Below are positions 1 through 8,096 of a stretch of 8,096 nt of DNA, piece by piece; position 1 is the stretch's first letter, and each line of letters opens with the position of its first letter. The notes under the pieces are model-generated. The model was not told where the DNA came from. It saw only the letters and a list, made by a program, of their open reading frames with translations, and did not search any database. Source of the DNA: Naegleria gruberi (lineage: Eukaryota); NCBI GenBank assembly GCA_000004985.1, contig GG739090.1; one strand, given 5' to 3'. The translations under genes were made by a program, and so were the position numbers.

Positions 1-16
1 GTAACATCAAGATATG

Positions 17-640
17 TTAATTGTTTCAATTCACTGATATATCCTAGCTTGTTCAAATCTAATACCACTTTCAGAGATATAAAGACTTGTCAATTGGTTC
101 AATTTGCTAATATATTTAGCTCCCTCAATACTAATTTCATTTTCGCTAATGTGAAGAACTATCAATTTTTTCAATTGACTTATTGATTGAAGTACTTCAT
201 CGTCAATACTACATGTATTAATATTAAGGCATGTCAACTGCTCAAATTTACCAATATATTGAGCTCCTCCACTACCTATCTTAATACGAGAAATATCAAG
301 ATTTGTTAAATGTTCCAATCCACTCAAATATATTATTCCTGCATCACCAATACTATCATTGCAGGCAATTTCAAGACTTGTTAATTGTTTCAATTGACTG
401 ATATATTTAGCGCCTACATTGTCAATATAATTAGCAGAAATATTAAGCTTTGTTAATTTGTTAAATGATTCACTGATAATTTTAACTCCTTCGGAACCAA
501 TATAATTACCAGAAATGTAAAGACTTGTTAATTGTTTCAATTCAGCCATGCTTTCAACATGTTCATCATCAATATCCATTCCTTGAATTTCAAGACTAGT
601 CAATTGTTTCAATTGACCAATATATGTAACTGATTCGGAA
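17..640. repeat. Periodic ~72-75 bp intragenic DNA repeat (LRR-unit coding repeat), core 'gt(t/c)aattgtttcaattgac'.
   Basis: Near-identical cores at 17-36, 161-178, 380-397, 527-545 and 598-617. Diverged copies sit at about 86-110, 228-252, 305-324 and 448-475. Spacings are multiples of about 72-73 bp (144, 219, 147, 71). Confidence 0.6.
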
Positions 641-933
641 TCAATTTTAACTCCAACAACGTAAGGAATACAAAGACTAGTTAATGATTTCATCAATATT
701 AATTTTTTGTAAATATTTGATAGTACTTTAATCTCAAGATTTGCAATATTTTGTAAAAATTGACCATTTACATCATTGGAATGACATTTAACAGTCATAT
801 TATGACATGTTGATAGAATGACATTGTACCATTGTTTAGAAACTAATGCACAATTCATGACAAGAAATTTAAAATCACCATAGAATGATACAATTTCATA
901 AATAATATCATCTTGAAAAACTTCTCTTTCCAT
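31..933 (-). CDS. F-box-like / leucine-rich-repeat (RNI-type, ~24-aa repeat) protein, 300 aa, intronless. C-terminus may be frameshifted (see findings).
   Basis: ATG at 933..931, TGA at 33..31, continuous ORF. N-terminal 'DDIIYEIVSFYGDFKFLVMNCALVSKQWYNVI' fits the F-box consensus (I-x-E-I-x-S...L...C-x-L-V-S-K-x-W). It is followed by about 8 repeats of the pattern 'L(K/N/E)QLTSL.IS.N.IG..GAKYIS.', typical of ribonuclease-inhibitor-like LRRs. Confidence 0.75.
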   Translation of the reverse strand: MEREVFQDDIIYEIVSFYGDFKFLVMNCALVSKQWYNVILSTCHNMTVKCHSNDVNGQFLQNIANLEIKVLSNIYKKLILMKSLTSLCIPYVVGVKIDSESVTYIGQLKQLTSLEIQGMDIDDEHVESMAELKQLTSLYISGNYIGSEGVKIISESFNKLTKLNISANYIDNVGAKYISQLKQLTSLEIACNDSIGDAGIIYLSGLEHLTNLDISRIKIGSGGAQYIGKFEQLTCLNINTCSIDDEVLQSISQLKKLIVLHISENEISIEGAKYISKLNQLTSLYISESGIRFEQARIYQ

Positions 934-1642
934 TTTTTTTGGTTGATTATAAATAATAATATTTGAAACACAAGGTTACTACGGTGCACCGCTGGTTTTC
1001 TGACTTGTTTCACAAACCTTCACCAAATATATTATTTATTTCAAAAACAAGCACAACATTTCTTCCTTACTATACTGATTCTTGGAATGATTTCACATCA
1101 CTTGTTTGGAATTTAATTCTTCATTATTTGAATATGTCAGAAGCGTTACTGCGAAAGTAGTGGAATCCTTTCCATAATACCTCTCAATTGTTTGAGTGTT
1201 AATTCTTGTGATCCATTATTAATATTCAAGCAAGTTGTTAAAGGACCCCTACACATTAATTATAAGAAATTACAAGTCCTTGATGAATAGGTTTCCTAAA
1301 GTGAAAGCGTAGGTTATTGAATAATTTTATTCCTCTGAATCAAAGATTGAAACCAACTCAAAAATGTCCATACCAAAATTCAATACTTAATTGAATGTCG
1401 GTCCTTAAAAAACAAATGTTCTTGCAGGAAATGAAATCCTTACAATGCATATGATTTTGTACACTGATAAATGCAATAGTAATATTATGGCCAATTGATA
1501 GTCGATCAGGAAGTCTGCGTCGCGGACTTGGGAAGCCAAATTATTACATCCGCACTAAAGTGTTCAAAAACATAGTATGTGGCAAGACTGTCAGTCTTCT
1601 CACAAATAAAAAGTTTGTTGACCTTATTTTCAAAAAAACAAA
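934..1642. promoter_or_regulatory. Divergent intergenic / shared promoter region between the minus-strand LRR gene and the plus-strand gene starting at 1643.
   Basis: No credible ORF; the 963-1160 ORF has a TTG start and no motif. There is a TATA-like 'ttataaataataat' at 947-960, about 20 bp from the LRR ATG. A local GC-rich patch at 1491-1560 carries a CCAAT motif (1491-1495). A 7+1+7 palindrome 'aagactg t cagtctt' lies at 1584-1598, about 45 bp upstream of the ATG at 1643. The ATG context 'caaaATGa' has an A at -3. Confidence 0.35.
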
Positions 1643-1833
1643 ATGACTCCTATCAAACAAGTAATGGACAAGTTTCTTTCTCTAATAAACACCTGCAGTA
1701 CAGACCTGGCCAACCAAGTCATCTCTGAAAATGCTTCATTTGTTGTTCCTGGTCGTTCAGAACCTCTTCGTGGGCCAGGTGGTTACTTGGCAGTGATTGA
1801 AATGATGAGAAGTGGCTTCTCTGATGTGCAGTG
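1643..1833 (+). CDS. 5' fragment (63 codons) of a gene encoding an NTF2-like / SnoaL-like (ester-cyclase-like) domain protein; truncated by the assembly gap.
   Basis: ATG at 1643 with an open frame to the last real base before the N-run. 'LANQVISENASFVVPGRSEPLRGPGGYLAVIEMMRSGFSDVQ' matches the characteristic ester-cyclase/SnoaL_2 N-terminal pattern (D-x-L-x-E-D-F-V-x-H-x-P...P-G...G-x-E-G-x-K...R-x-A-F-P-D). Confidence 0.55.
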
Positions 1834-4800
1834 NGCTCTGGATGNNNNNNNNNNNNNNNNNNNNNNNNNNNNNNNNNNNNNNNNNNNNNNNNNNNNNNNN
1901 NNNNNNNNNNNNNNNNNNNNNNNNNNNNNNNNNNNNNNNNNNNNNNNNNNNNNNNNNNNNNNNNNNNNNNNNNNNNNNNNNNNNNNNNNNNNNNNNNNNN
2001 NNNNNNNNNNNNNNNNNNNNNNNNNNNNNNNNNNNNNNNNNNNNNNNNNNNNNNNNNNNNNNNNNNNNNNNNNNNNNNNNNNNNNNNNNNNNNNNNNNNN
2101 NNNNNNNNNNNNNNNNNNNNNNNNNNNNNNNNNNNNNNNNNNNNNNNNNNNNNNNNNNNNNNNNNNNNNNNNNNNNNNNNNNNNNNNNNNNNNNNNNNNN
2201 NNNNNNNNNNNNNNNNNNNNNNNNNNNNNNNNNNNNNNNNNNNNNNNNNNNNNNNNNNNNNNNNNNNNNNNNNNNNNNNNNNNNNNNNNNNNNNNNNNNN
2301 NNNNNNNNNNNNNNNNNNNNNNNNNNNNNNNNNNNNNNNNNNNNNNNNNNNNNNNNNNNNNNNNNNNNNNNNNNNNNNNNNNNNNNNNNNNNNNNNNNNN
2401 NNNNNNNNNNNNNNNNNNNNNNNNNNNNNNNNNNNNNNNNNNNNNNNNNNNNNNNNNNNNNNNNNNNNNNNNNNNNNNNNNNNNNNNNNNNNNNNNNNNN
2501 NNNNNNNNNNNNNNNNNNNNNNNNNNNNNNNNNNNNNNNNNNNNNNNNNNNNNNNNNNNNNNNNNNNNNNNNNNNNNNNNNNNNNNNNNNNNNNNNNNNN
2601 NNNNNNNNNNNNNNNNNNNNNNNNNNNNNNNNNNNNNNNNNNNNNNNNNNNNNNNNNNNNNNNNNNNNNNNNNNNNNNNNNNNNNNNNNNNNNNNNNNNN
2701 NNNNNNNNNNNNNNNNNNNNNNNNNNNNNNNNNNNNNNNNNNNNNNNNNNNNNNNNNNNNNNNNNNNNNNNNNNNNNNNNNNNNNNNNNNNNNNNNNNNN
2801 NNNNNNNNNNNNNNNNNNNNNNNNNNNNNNNNNNNNNNNNNNNNNNNNNNNNNNNNNNNNNNNNNNNNNNNNNNNNNNNNNNNNNNNNNNNNNNNNNNNN
2901 NNNNNNNNNNNNNNNNNNNNNNNNNNNNNNNNNNNNNNNNNNNNNNNNNNNNNNNNNNNNNNNNNNNNNNNNNNNNNNNNNNNNNNNNNNNNNNNNNNNN
3001 NNNNNNNNNNNNNNNNNNNNNNNNNNNNNNNNNNNNNNNNNNNNNNNNNNNNNNNNNNNNNNNNNNNNNNNNNNNNNNNNNNNNNNNNNNNNNNNNNNNN
3101 NNNNNNNNNNNNNNNNNNNNNNNNNNNNNNNNNNNNNNNNNNNNNNNNNNNNNNNNNNNNNNNNNNNNNNNNNNNNNNNNNNNNNNNNNNNNNNNNNNNN
3201 NNNNNNNNNNNNNNNNNNNNNNNNNNNNNNNNNNNNNNNNNNNNNNNNNNNNNNNNNNNNNNNNNNNNNNNNNNNNNNNNNNNNNNNNNNNNNNNNNNNN
3301 NNNNNNNNNNNNNNNNNNNNNNNNNNNNNNNNNNNNNNNNNNNNNNNNNNNNNNNNNNNNNNNNNNNNNNNNNNNNNNNNNNNNNNNNNNNNNNNNNNNN
3401 NNNNNNNNNNNNNNNNNNNNNNNNNNNNNNNNNNNNNNNNNNNNNNNNNNNNNNNNNNNNNNNNNNNNNNNNNNNNNNNNNNNNNNNNNNNNNNNNNNNN
3501 NNNNNNNNNNNNNNNNNNNNNNNNNNNNNNNNNNNNNNNNNNNNNNNNNNNNNNNNNNNNNNNNNNNNNNNNNNNNNNNNNNNNNNNNNNNNNNNNNNNN
3601 NNNNNNNNNNNNNNNNNNNNNNNNNNNNNNNNNNNNNNNNNNNNNNNNNNNNNNNNNNNNNNNNNNNNNNNNNNNNNNNNNNNNNNNNNNNNNNNNNNNN
3701 NNNNNNNNNNNNNNNNNNNNNNNNNNNNNNNNNNNNNNNNNNNNNNNNNNNNNNNNNNNNNNNNNNNNNNNNNNNNNNNNNNNNNNNNNNNNNNNNNNNN
3801 NNNNNNNNNNNNNNNNNNNNNNNNNNNNNNNNNNNNNNNNNNNNNNNNNNNNNNNNNNNNNNNNNNNNNNNNNNNNNNNNNNNNNNNNNNNNNNNNNNNN
3901 NNNNNNNNNNNNNNNNNNNNNNNNNNNNNNNNNNNNNNNNNNNNNNNNNNNNNNNNNNNNNNNNNNNNNNNNNNNNNNNNNNNNNNNNNNNNNNNNNNNN
4001 NNNNNNNNNNNNNNNNNNNNNNNNNNNNNNNNNNNNNNNNNNNNNNNNNNNNNNNNNNNNNNNNNNNNNNNNNNNNNNNNNNNNNNNNNNNNNNNNNNNN
4101 NNNNNNNNNNNNNNNNNNNNNNNNNNNNNNNNNNNNNNNNNNNNNNNNNNNNNNNNNNNNNNNNNNNNNNNNNNNNNNNNNNNNNNNNNNNNNNNNNNNN
4201 NNNNNNNNNNNNNNNNNNNNNNNNNNNNNNNNNNNNNNNNNNNNNNNNNNNNNNNNNNNNNNNNNNNNNNNNNNNNNNNNNNNNNNNNNNNNNNNNNNNN
4301 NNNNNNNNNNNNNNNNNNNNNNNNNNNNNNNNNNNNNNNNNNNNNNNNNNNNNNNNNNNNNNNNNNNNNNNNNNNNNNNNNNNNNNNNNNNNNNNNNNNN
4401 NNNNNNNNNNNNNNNNNNNNNNNNNNNNNNNNNNNNNNNNNNNNNNNNNNNNNNNNNNNNNNNNNNNNNNNNNNNNNNNNNNNNNNNNNNNNNNNNNNNN
4501 NNNNNNNNNNNNNNNNNNNNNNNNNNNNNNNNNNNNNNNNNNNNNNNNNNNNNNNNNNNNNNNNNNNNNNNNNNNNNNNNNNNNNNNNNNNNNNNNNNNN
4601 NNNNNNNNNNNNNNNNNNNNNNNNNNNNNNNNNNNNNNNNNNNNNNNNNNNNNNNNNNNNNNNNNNNNNNNNNNNNNNNNNNNNNNNNNNNNNNNNNNNN
4701 NNNNNNNNNNNNNNNNNNNNNNNNNNNNNNNNNNNNNNNNNNNNNNNNNNNNNNNNNNNNNNNNNNNNNNNNNNNNNNNNNNNNNNNNNNNNNNNNNNNN

Positions 4801-6986
4801 NNNNNNNNNNNNNNNNNNNNNNNNNNNNNNNNNNNNNNNNNNNNNNNNNNNNNNNNNNNNNNNNNNNNNNNNNNNNNNNNNNNNNNNNNNNNNNNNNNNN
4901 NNNNNNNNNNNNNNNNNNNNNNNNNNNNNNNNNNNNNNNNNNNNNNNNNNNNNNNNNNNNNNNNNNNNNNNNNNNNNNNNNNNNNNNNNNNNNNNNNNNN
5001 NNNNNNNNNNNNNNNNNNNNNNNNNNNNNNNNNNNNNNNNNNNNNNNNNNNNNNNNNNNNNNNNNNNNNNNNNNNNNNNNNNNNNNNNNNNNNNNNNNNN
5101 NNNNNNNNNNNNNNNNNNNNNNNNNNNNNNNNNNNNNNNNNNNNNNNNNNNNNNNNNNNNNNNNNNNNNNNNNNNNNNNNNNNNNNNNNNNNNNNNNNNN
5201 NNNNNNNNNNNNNNNNNNNNNNNNNNNNNNNNNNNNNNNNNNNNNNNNNNNNNNNNNNNNNNNNNNNNNNNNNNNNNNNNNNNNNNNNNNNNNNNNNNNN
5301 NNNNNNNNNNNNNNNNNNNNNNNNNNNNNNNNNNNNNNNNNNNNNNNNNNNNNNNNNNNNNNNNNNNNNNNNNNNNNNNNNNNNNNNNNNNNNNNNNNNN
5401 NNNNNNNNNNNNNNNNNNNNNNNNNNNNNNNNNNNNNNNNNNNNNNNNNNNNNNNNNNNNNNNNNNNNNNNNNNNNNNNNNNNNNNNNNNNNNNNNNNNN
5501 NNNNNNNNNNNNNNNNNNNNNNNNNNNNNNNNNNNNNNNNNNNNNNNNNNNNNNNNNNNNNNNNNNNNNNNNNNNNNNNNNNNNNNNNNNNNNNNNNNNN
5601 NNNNNNNNNNNNNNNNNNNNNNNNNNNNNNNNNNNNNNNNNNNNNNNNNNNNNNNNNNNNNNNNNNNNNNNNNNNNNNNNNNNNNNNNNNNNNNNNNNNN
5701 NNNNNNNNNNNNNNNNNNNNNNNNNNNNNNNNNNNNNNNNNNNNNNNNNNNNNNNNNNNNNNNNNNNNNNNNNNNNNNNNNNNNNNNNNNNNNNNNNNNN
5801 NNNNNNNNNNNNNNNNNNNNNNNNNNNNNNNNNNNNNNNNNNNNNNNNNNNNNNNNNNNNNNNNNNNNNNNNNNNNNNNNNNNNNNNNNNNNNNNNNNNN
5901 NNNNNNNNNNNNNNNNNNNNNNNNNNNNNNNNNNNNNNNNNNNNNNNNNNNNNNNNNNNNNNNNNNNNNNNNNNNNNNNNNNNNNNNNNNNNNNNNNNNN
6001 NNNNNNNNNNNNNNNNNNNNNNNNNNNNNNNNNNNNNNNNNNNNNNNNNNNNNNNNNNNNNNNNNNNNNNNNNNNNNNNNNNNNNNNNNNNNNNNNNNNN
6101 NNNNNNNNNNNNNNNNNNNNNNNNNNNNNNNNNNNNNNNNNNNNNNNNNNNNNNNNNNNNNNNNNNNNNNNNNNNNNNNNNNNNNNNNNNNNNNNNNNNN
6201 NNNNNNNNNNNNNNNNNNNNNNNNNNNNNNNNNNNNNNNNNNNNNNNNNNNNNNNNNNNNNNNNNNNNNNNNNNNNNNNNNNNNNNNNNNNNNNNNNNNN
6301 NNNNNNNNNNNNNNNNNNNNNNNNNNNNNNNNNNNNNNNNNNNNNNNNNNNNNNNNNNNNNNNNNNNNNNNNNNNNNNNNNNNNNNNNNNNNNNNNNNNN
6401 NNNNNNNNNNNNNNNNNNNNNNNNNNNNNNNNNNNNNNNNNNNNNNNNNNNNNNNNNNNNNNNNNNNNNNNNNNNNNNNNNNNNNNNNNNNNNNNNNNNN
6501 NNNNNNNNNNNNNNNNNNNNNNNNNNNNNNNNNNNNNNNNNNNNNNNNNNNNNNNNNNNNNNNNNNNNNNNNNNNNNNNNNNNNNNNNNNNNNNNNNNNN
6601 NNNNNNNNNNNNNNNNNNNNNNNNNNNNNNNNNNNNNNNNNNNNNNNNNNNNNNNNNNNNNNNNNNNNNNNNNNNNNNNNNNNNNNNNNNNNNNNNNNNN
6701 NNNNNNNNNNNNNNNNNNNNNNNNNNNNNNNNNNNNNNNNNNNNNNNNNNNNNNNNNNNNNNNNNNNNNNNNNNNNNNNNNNNNNNNNNNNNNNNNNNNN
6801 NNNNNNNNNNNNNNNNNNNNNNNNNNNNNNNNNNNNNNNNNNNNNNNNNNNNNNNNNNNNNNNNNNNNNNNNNNNNNNNNNNNNNNNNNNNNNNNNNNNN
6901 NNNNNNNNNNNNNNNNNNNNNNNNNNNNNNNNNNNNNNNNNNNNNNNNNNNNNNNNNNNNNNNNNNNNNNNNNNNNNNNNNNNNNN
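1834..6986. other. Assembly gap / hard-masked region: single N at 1834, ten real bases, then an unbroken N-run 1845-6986 (5142 N).
   Basis: Direct reading of the sequence. The non-round length suggests an estimated scaffold gap or masking rather than a fixed-size placeholder. Confidence 1.
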
Positions 6987-7738
6987 AAAATATCATTAAA
7001 ATTGTCAACATAGATACTGTCAGCAATTCTTCTTGGTCTTTTCATAATTGGAAGAGCTGATTGTAAGAATACATGATCAGACGGATGTGAAAATGATGAA
7101 TTATTCGCAGTATTGGAATCAGTTCCACTCGTTACAGACATTGTACTGACATTTAGCATCGATCCAGTTGTCTTTCTAATATGATTCTTCATACAAGTTG
7201 AGCACAAATCGAAATCTCTACAATTCAAACAGTGAAATCTCGTTCCATGAATGCTACACTCACATCCATCACAAGTAACTCCCTTGTGAACTATCTTCCC
7301 CTGAACTATCTGAACTTGTTCCAAATTAAATGAATCAATTGGTTTGGTAAATAATTCATAATCTTTACAGTATTGATCAGCAACAAGCACTCCATTCTTT
7401 GATATTTTCTTATCCAATAATCCAATTCTTTCCAAAAGCGGATATTTAAATTTTCTATTTAATACCAAAGCAAAACAATGTCCCTTTTTCTGATGATGTT
7501 TACCTTGTTCCTTTTTACAATTTAAACAGAGAGTATAGGCTGTTTGTTGAGAGGAAAGCGAACAATTTAAACAAATGGACATGATTTGATTTTCATTGAT
7601 TTTTGATTTACAATTTTGACATGTACATTGATCGCTCCGATGATGAATATCATTATTGAGAGGATGACTGGTTGAGGAAGAAAAAATGTGATTTTGGTTG
7701 GATCGAGAAGTAGCAGCAGGTTGGCGCAAATTGTTCAT
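6987..7738 (-). CDS. 5' portion (250 codons) of a gene encoding a Cys-rich protein with a ZZ-type zinc finger; the 3' end continues into the gap.
   Basis: First true ATG at 7738..7736 ('MNNLRQPAATSRSNQNHIF...'). The open frame runs to 6987. 'CDGCECSIHGTRFHCLNCRDFDLCSTCMKNH' is a textbook ZZ finger (C-x2-C...G-x-R-[FY]-x-C-x2-C-x-D-[FY]-D-L-C-x2-C...H). An upstream second Cys cluster reads 'CTCQNCKSK...CLNCS...CLNCKKEQGKHHQKKGHC'. Confidence 0.7.
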
Positions 7739-7790
7739 TTTTTTCTTTGGTTGTTTACAATCTCTTCTATTTTTGAAGCAGAGTTCATGC

Positions 7791-7812
7791 AAAATCACAA
7801 AATAGGACAAAA
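7791..7812 (-). terminator. RNA polymerase III oligo-T terminator(s) immediately 3' of tRNA-Ser.
   Basis: The minus strand immediately after the tRNA 3' end reads 'ttttgtcctattttgtgatttt', which contains three T4 runs (the first abuts the tRNA). This is a eukaryotic Pol III termination signal. Confidence 0.55.
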
Positions 7813-7893
7813 CGTTGAGGATGGGATTCGAACCCACGCGGATTACTCCACCAACTTAGCAGGCTGGCGCCTTAACCACTCGGCCACCTCAAC
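7813..7893 (-). tRNA. tRNA-Ser (anticodon GCU), 81 nt, class II with long variable arm, no encoded CCA.
   Basis: The reverse complement is GTTGAGGTGGCCGAGTGGTTAAGGCGCCAGCCTGCTAAGTTGGTGGAGTAATCCGCGTGGGTTCGAATCCCATCCTCAACG. It has a 7-bp acceptor stem (GTTGAGG/CCTCAAC) and discriminator G. The D-arm GCC-AGTGGTTAA-GGC is Ser-type. The anticodon stem CCAGC/GTTGG carries the loop C-T-GCT-A-A. The T-arm GTGGG-TTCGAAT-CCCAT is canonical. It is about 85% identical to animal tRNA-Ser-GCT. Confidence 0.92.
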
Positions 7894-8096
7894 TTACAAT
7901 AAAAGATCAAAAATAGCAAACACAACGGTAACACTTACAACCTTAGCAATCTCTGGAAATTCTATGATTCAGAGGATAAAGATTCTAATTGCAATTATTA
8001 TGAAATATTATCTGCCAGAACTGGTAGACAGTTTATTCTTAAATATCTTCTCCTGCTGGACTAATCAATATGGAAATCTTATCCAAATCATGCCAA

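Noticed and set aside
17-640. Regularly spaced ~72-bp direct repeats as a possible CRISPR array or satellite
   Set aside because: The repeats are in-frame coding units of an intact LRR ORF ('QLKQLTSL'). The 'spacers' are similar-length diverged LRR segments. There are no cas genes, and the context is eukaryotic.
963-1160. 65-aa plus-strand ORF 'MKHKVTTVHRWF...'
   Set aside because: It begins with TTG rather than ATG, since the track uses alternative starts. It lies in the divergent intergenic region. It has no recognisable motif and includes a low-complexity segment (FISKTSTTF). Most likely it is a chance ORF in promoter DNA.
1757-1833. Minus-strand tail '...LHIREATSHHFNHCQVTTWPTKRF*' of the 2026-aa ORF
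   Set aside because: It is antisense to the well-supported SnoaL-like plus-strand CDS. Its frame relation to the ZZ gene across a size-estimated gap is arbitrary.
1812-7013. 1733-aa and 1722-aa plus-strand 'ORFs' (1812..7013, 1831..6999) and the X-filled bodies of 1643..7060, 1757..7837 and 1783..7026
   Set aside because: They consist almost entirely of X from translating the N-run. Only the real-sequence ends (1643-1833 plus; 6987-7738 minus) carry information.
6987-7060. Plus-strand ORF end 'NIIKIVNIDTVSNSSWSFHNWKS*'
   Set aside because: It is antisense to the ZZ-finger CDS and only appears long because it is fused to the N-run.
7739-7837. N-terminal extension 'MGSNPILNVLSYFVILHELCFKNRRDCKQPKKK' of the minus-strand ORF
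   Set aside because: The 'M' is a GTG (plus 7835-7837 'cac') lying inside the T-arm of tRNA-Ser. A protein start overlapping a same-strand tRNA is implausible. The first genuine ATG is at 7738.

Overview
AT-rich (~30% GC) eukaryotic-looking nuclear DNA. Only about 2.9 kb is real sequence (1-1833 and 6987-8096); positions 1845-6986 are an unbroken run of N, with one more N at 1834. The readable flanks carry five things. (1) An intronless 300-aa F-box-like/RNI-type leucine-rich-repeat (LRR) protein gene on the minus strand (31-933). Its ~24-aa repeats are also visible as a ~72-75 bp periodic DNA repeat. (2) A 709-bp divergent intergenic/promoter region (934-1642). (3) The 5' end of a plus-strand gene (1643-1833) whose N-terminus looks like an NTF2/SnoaL-like 'ester cyclase' domain, running into the gap. 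(4) The 5' part of a minus-strand gene (7738 down to 6987, 3' end lost in the gap). It encodes a Cys-rich protein with a canonical ZZ-type zinc finger. (5) A minus-strand tRNA-Ser(GCU) (7813-7893) with no encoded CCA and oligo-T Pol III terminators, 74 bp upstream of the ZZ gene's ATG. The six-frame 'ORFs' of 1700-2000 aa spanning the gap are artefacts of N translated as X. No prokaryotic defence-island or CRISPR-like architecture is visible. Anything novel in the central 5.1 kb cannot be assessed. The most concrete oddity is that the LRR array continues in a different reading frame past the annotated stop codon at the left window edge. That suggests a frameshift (pseudogenisation or assembly indel) or a longer gene.
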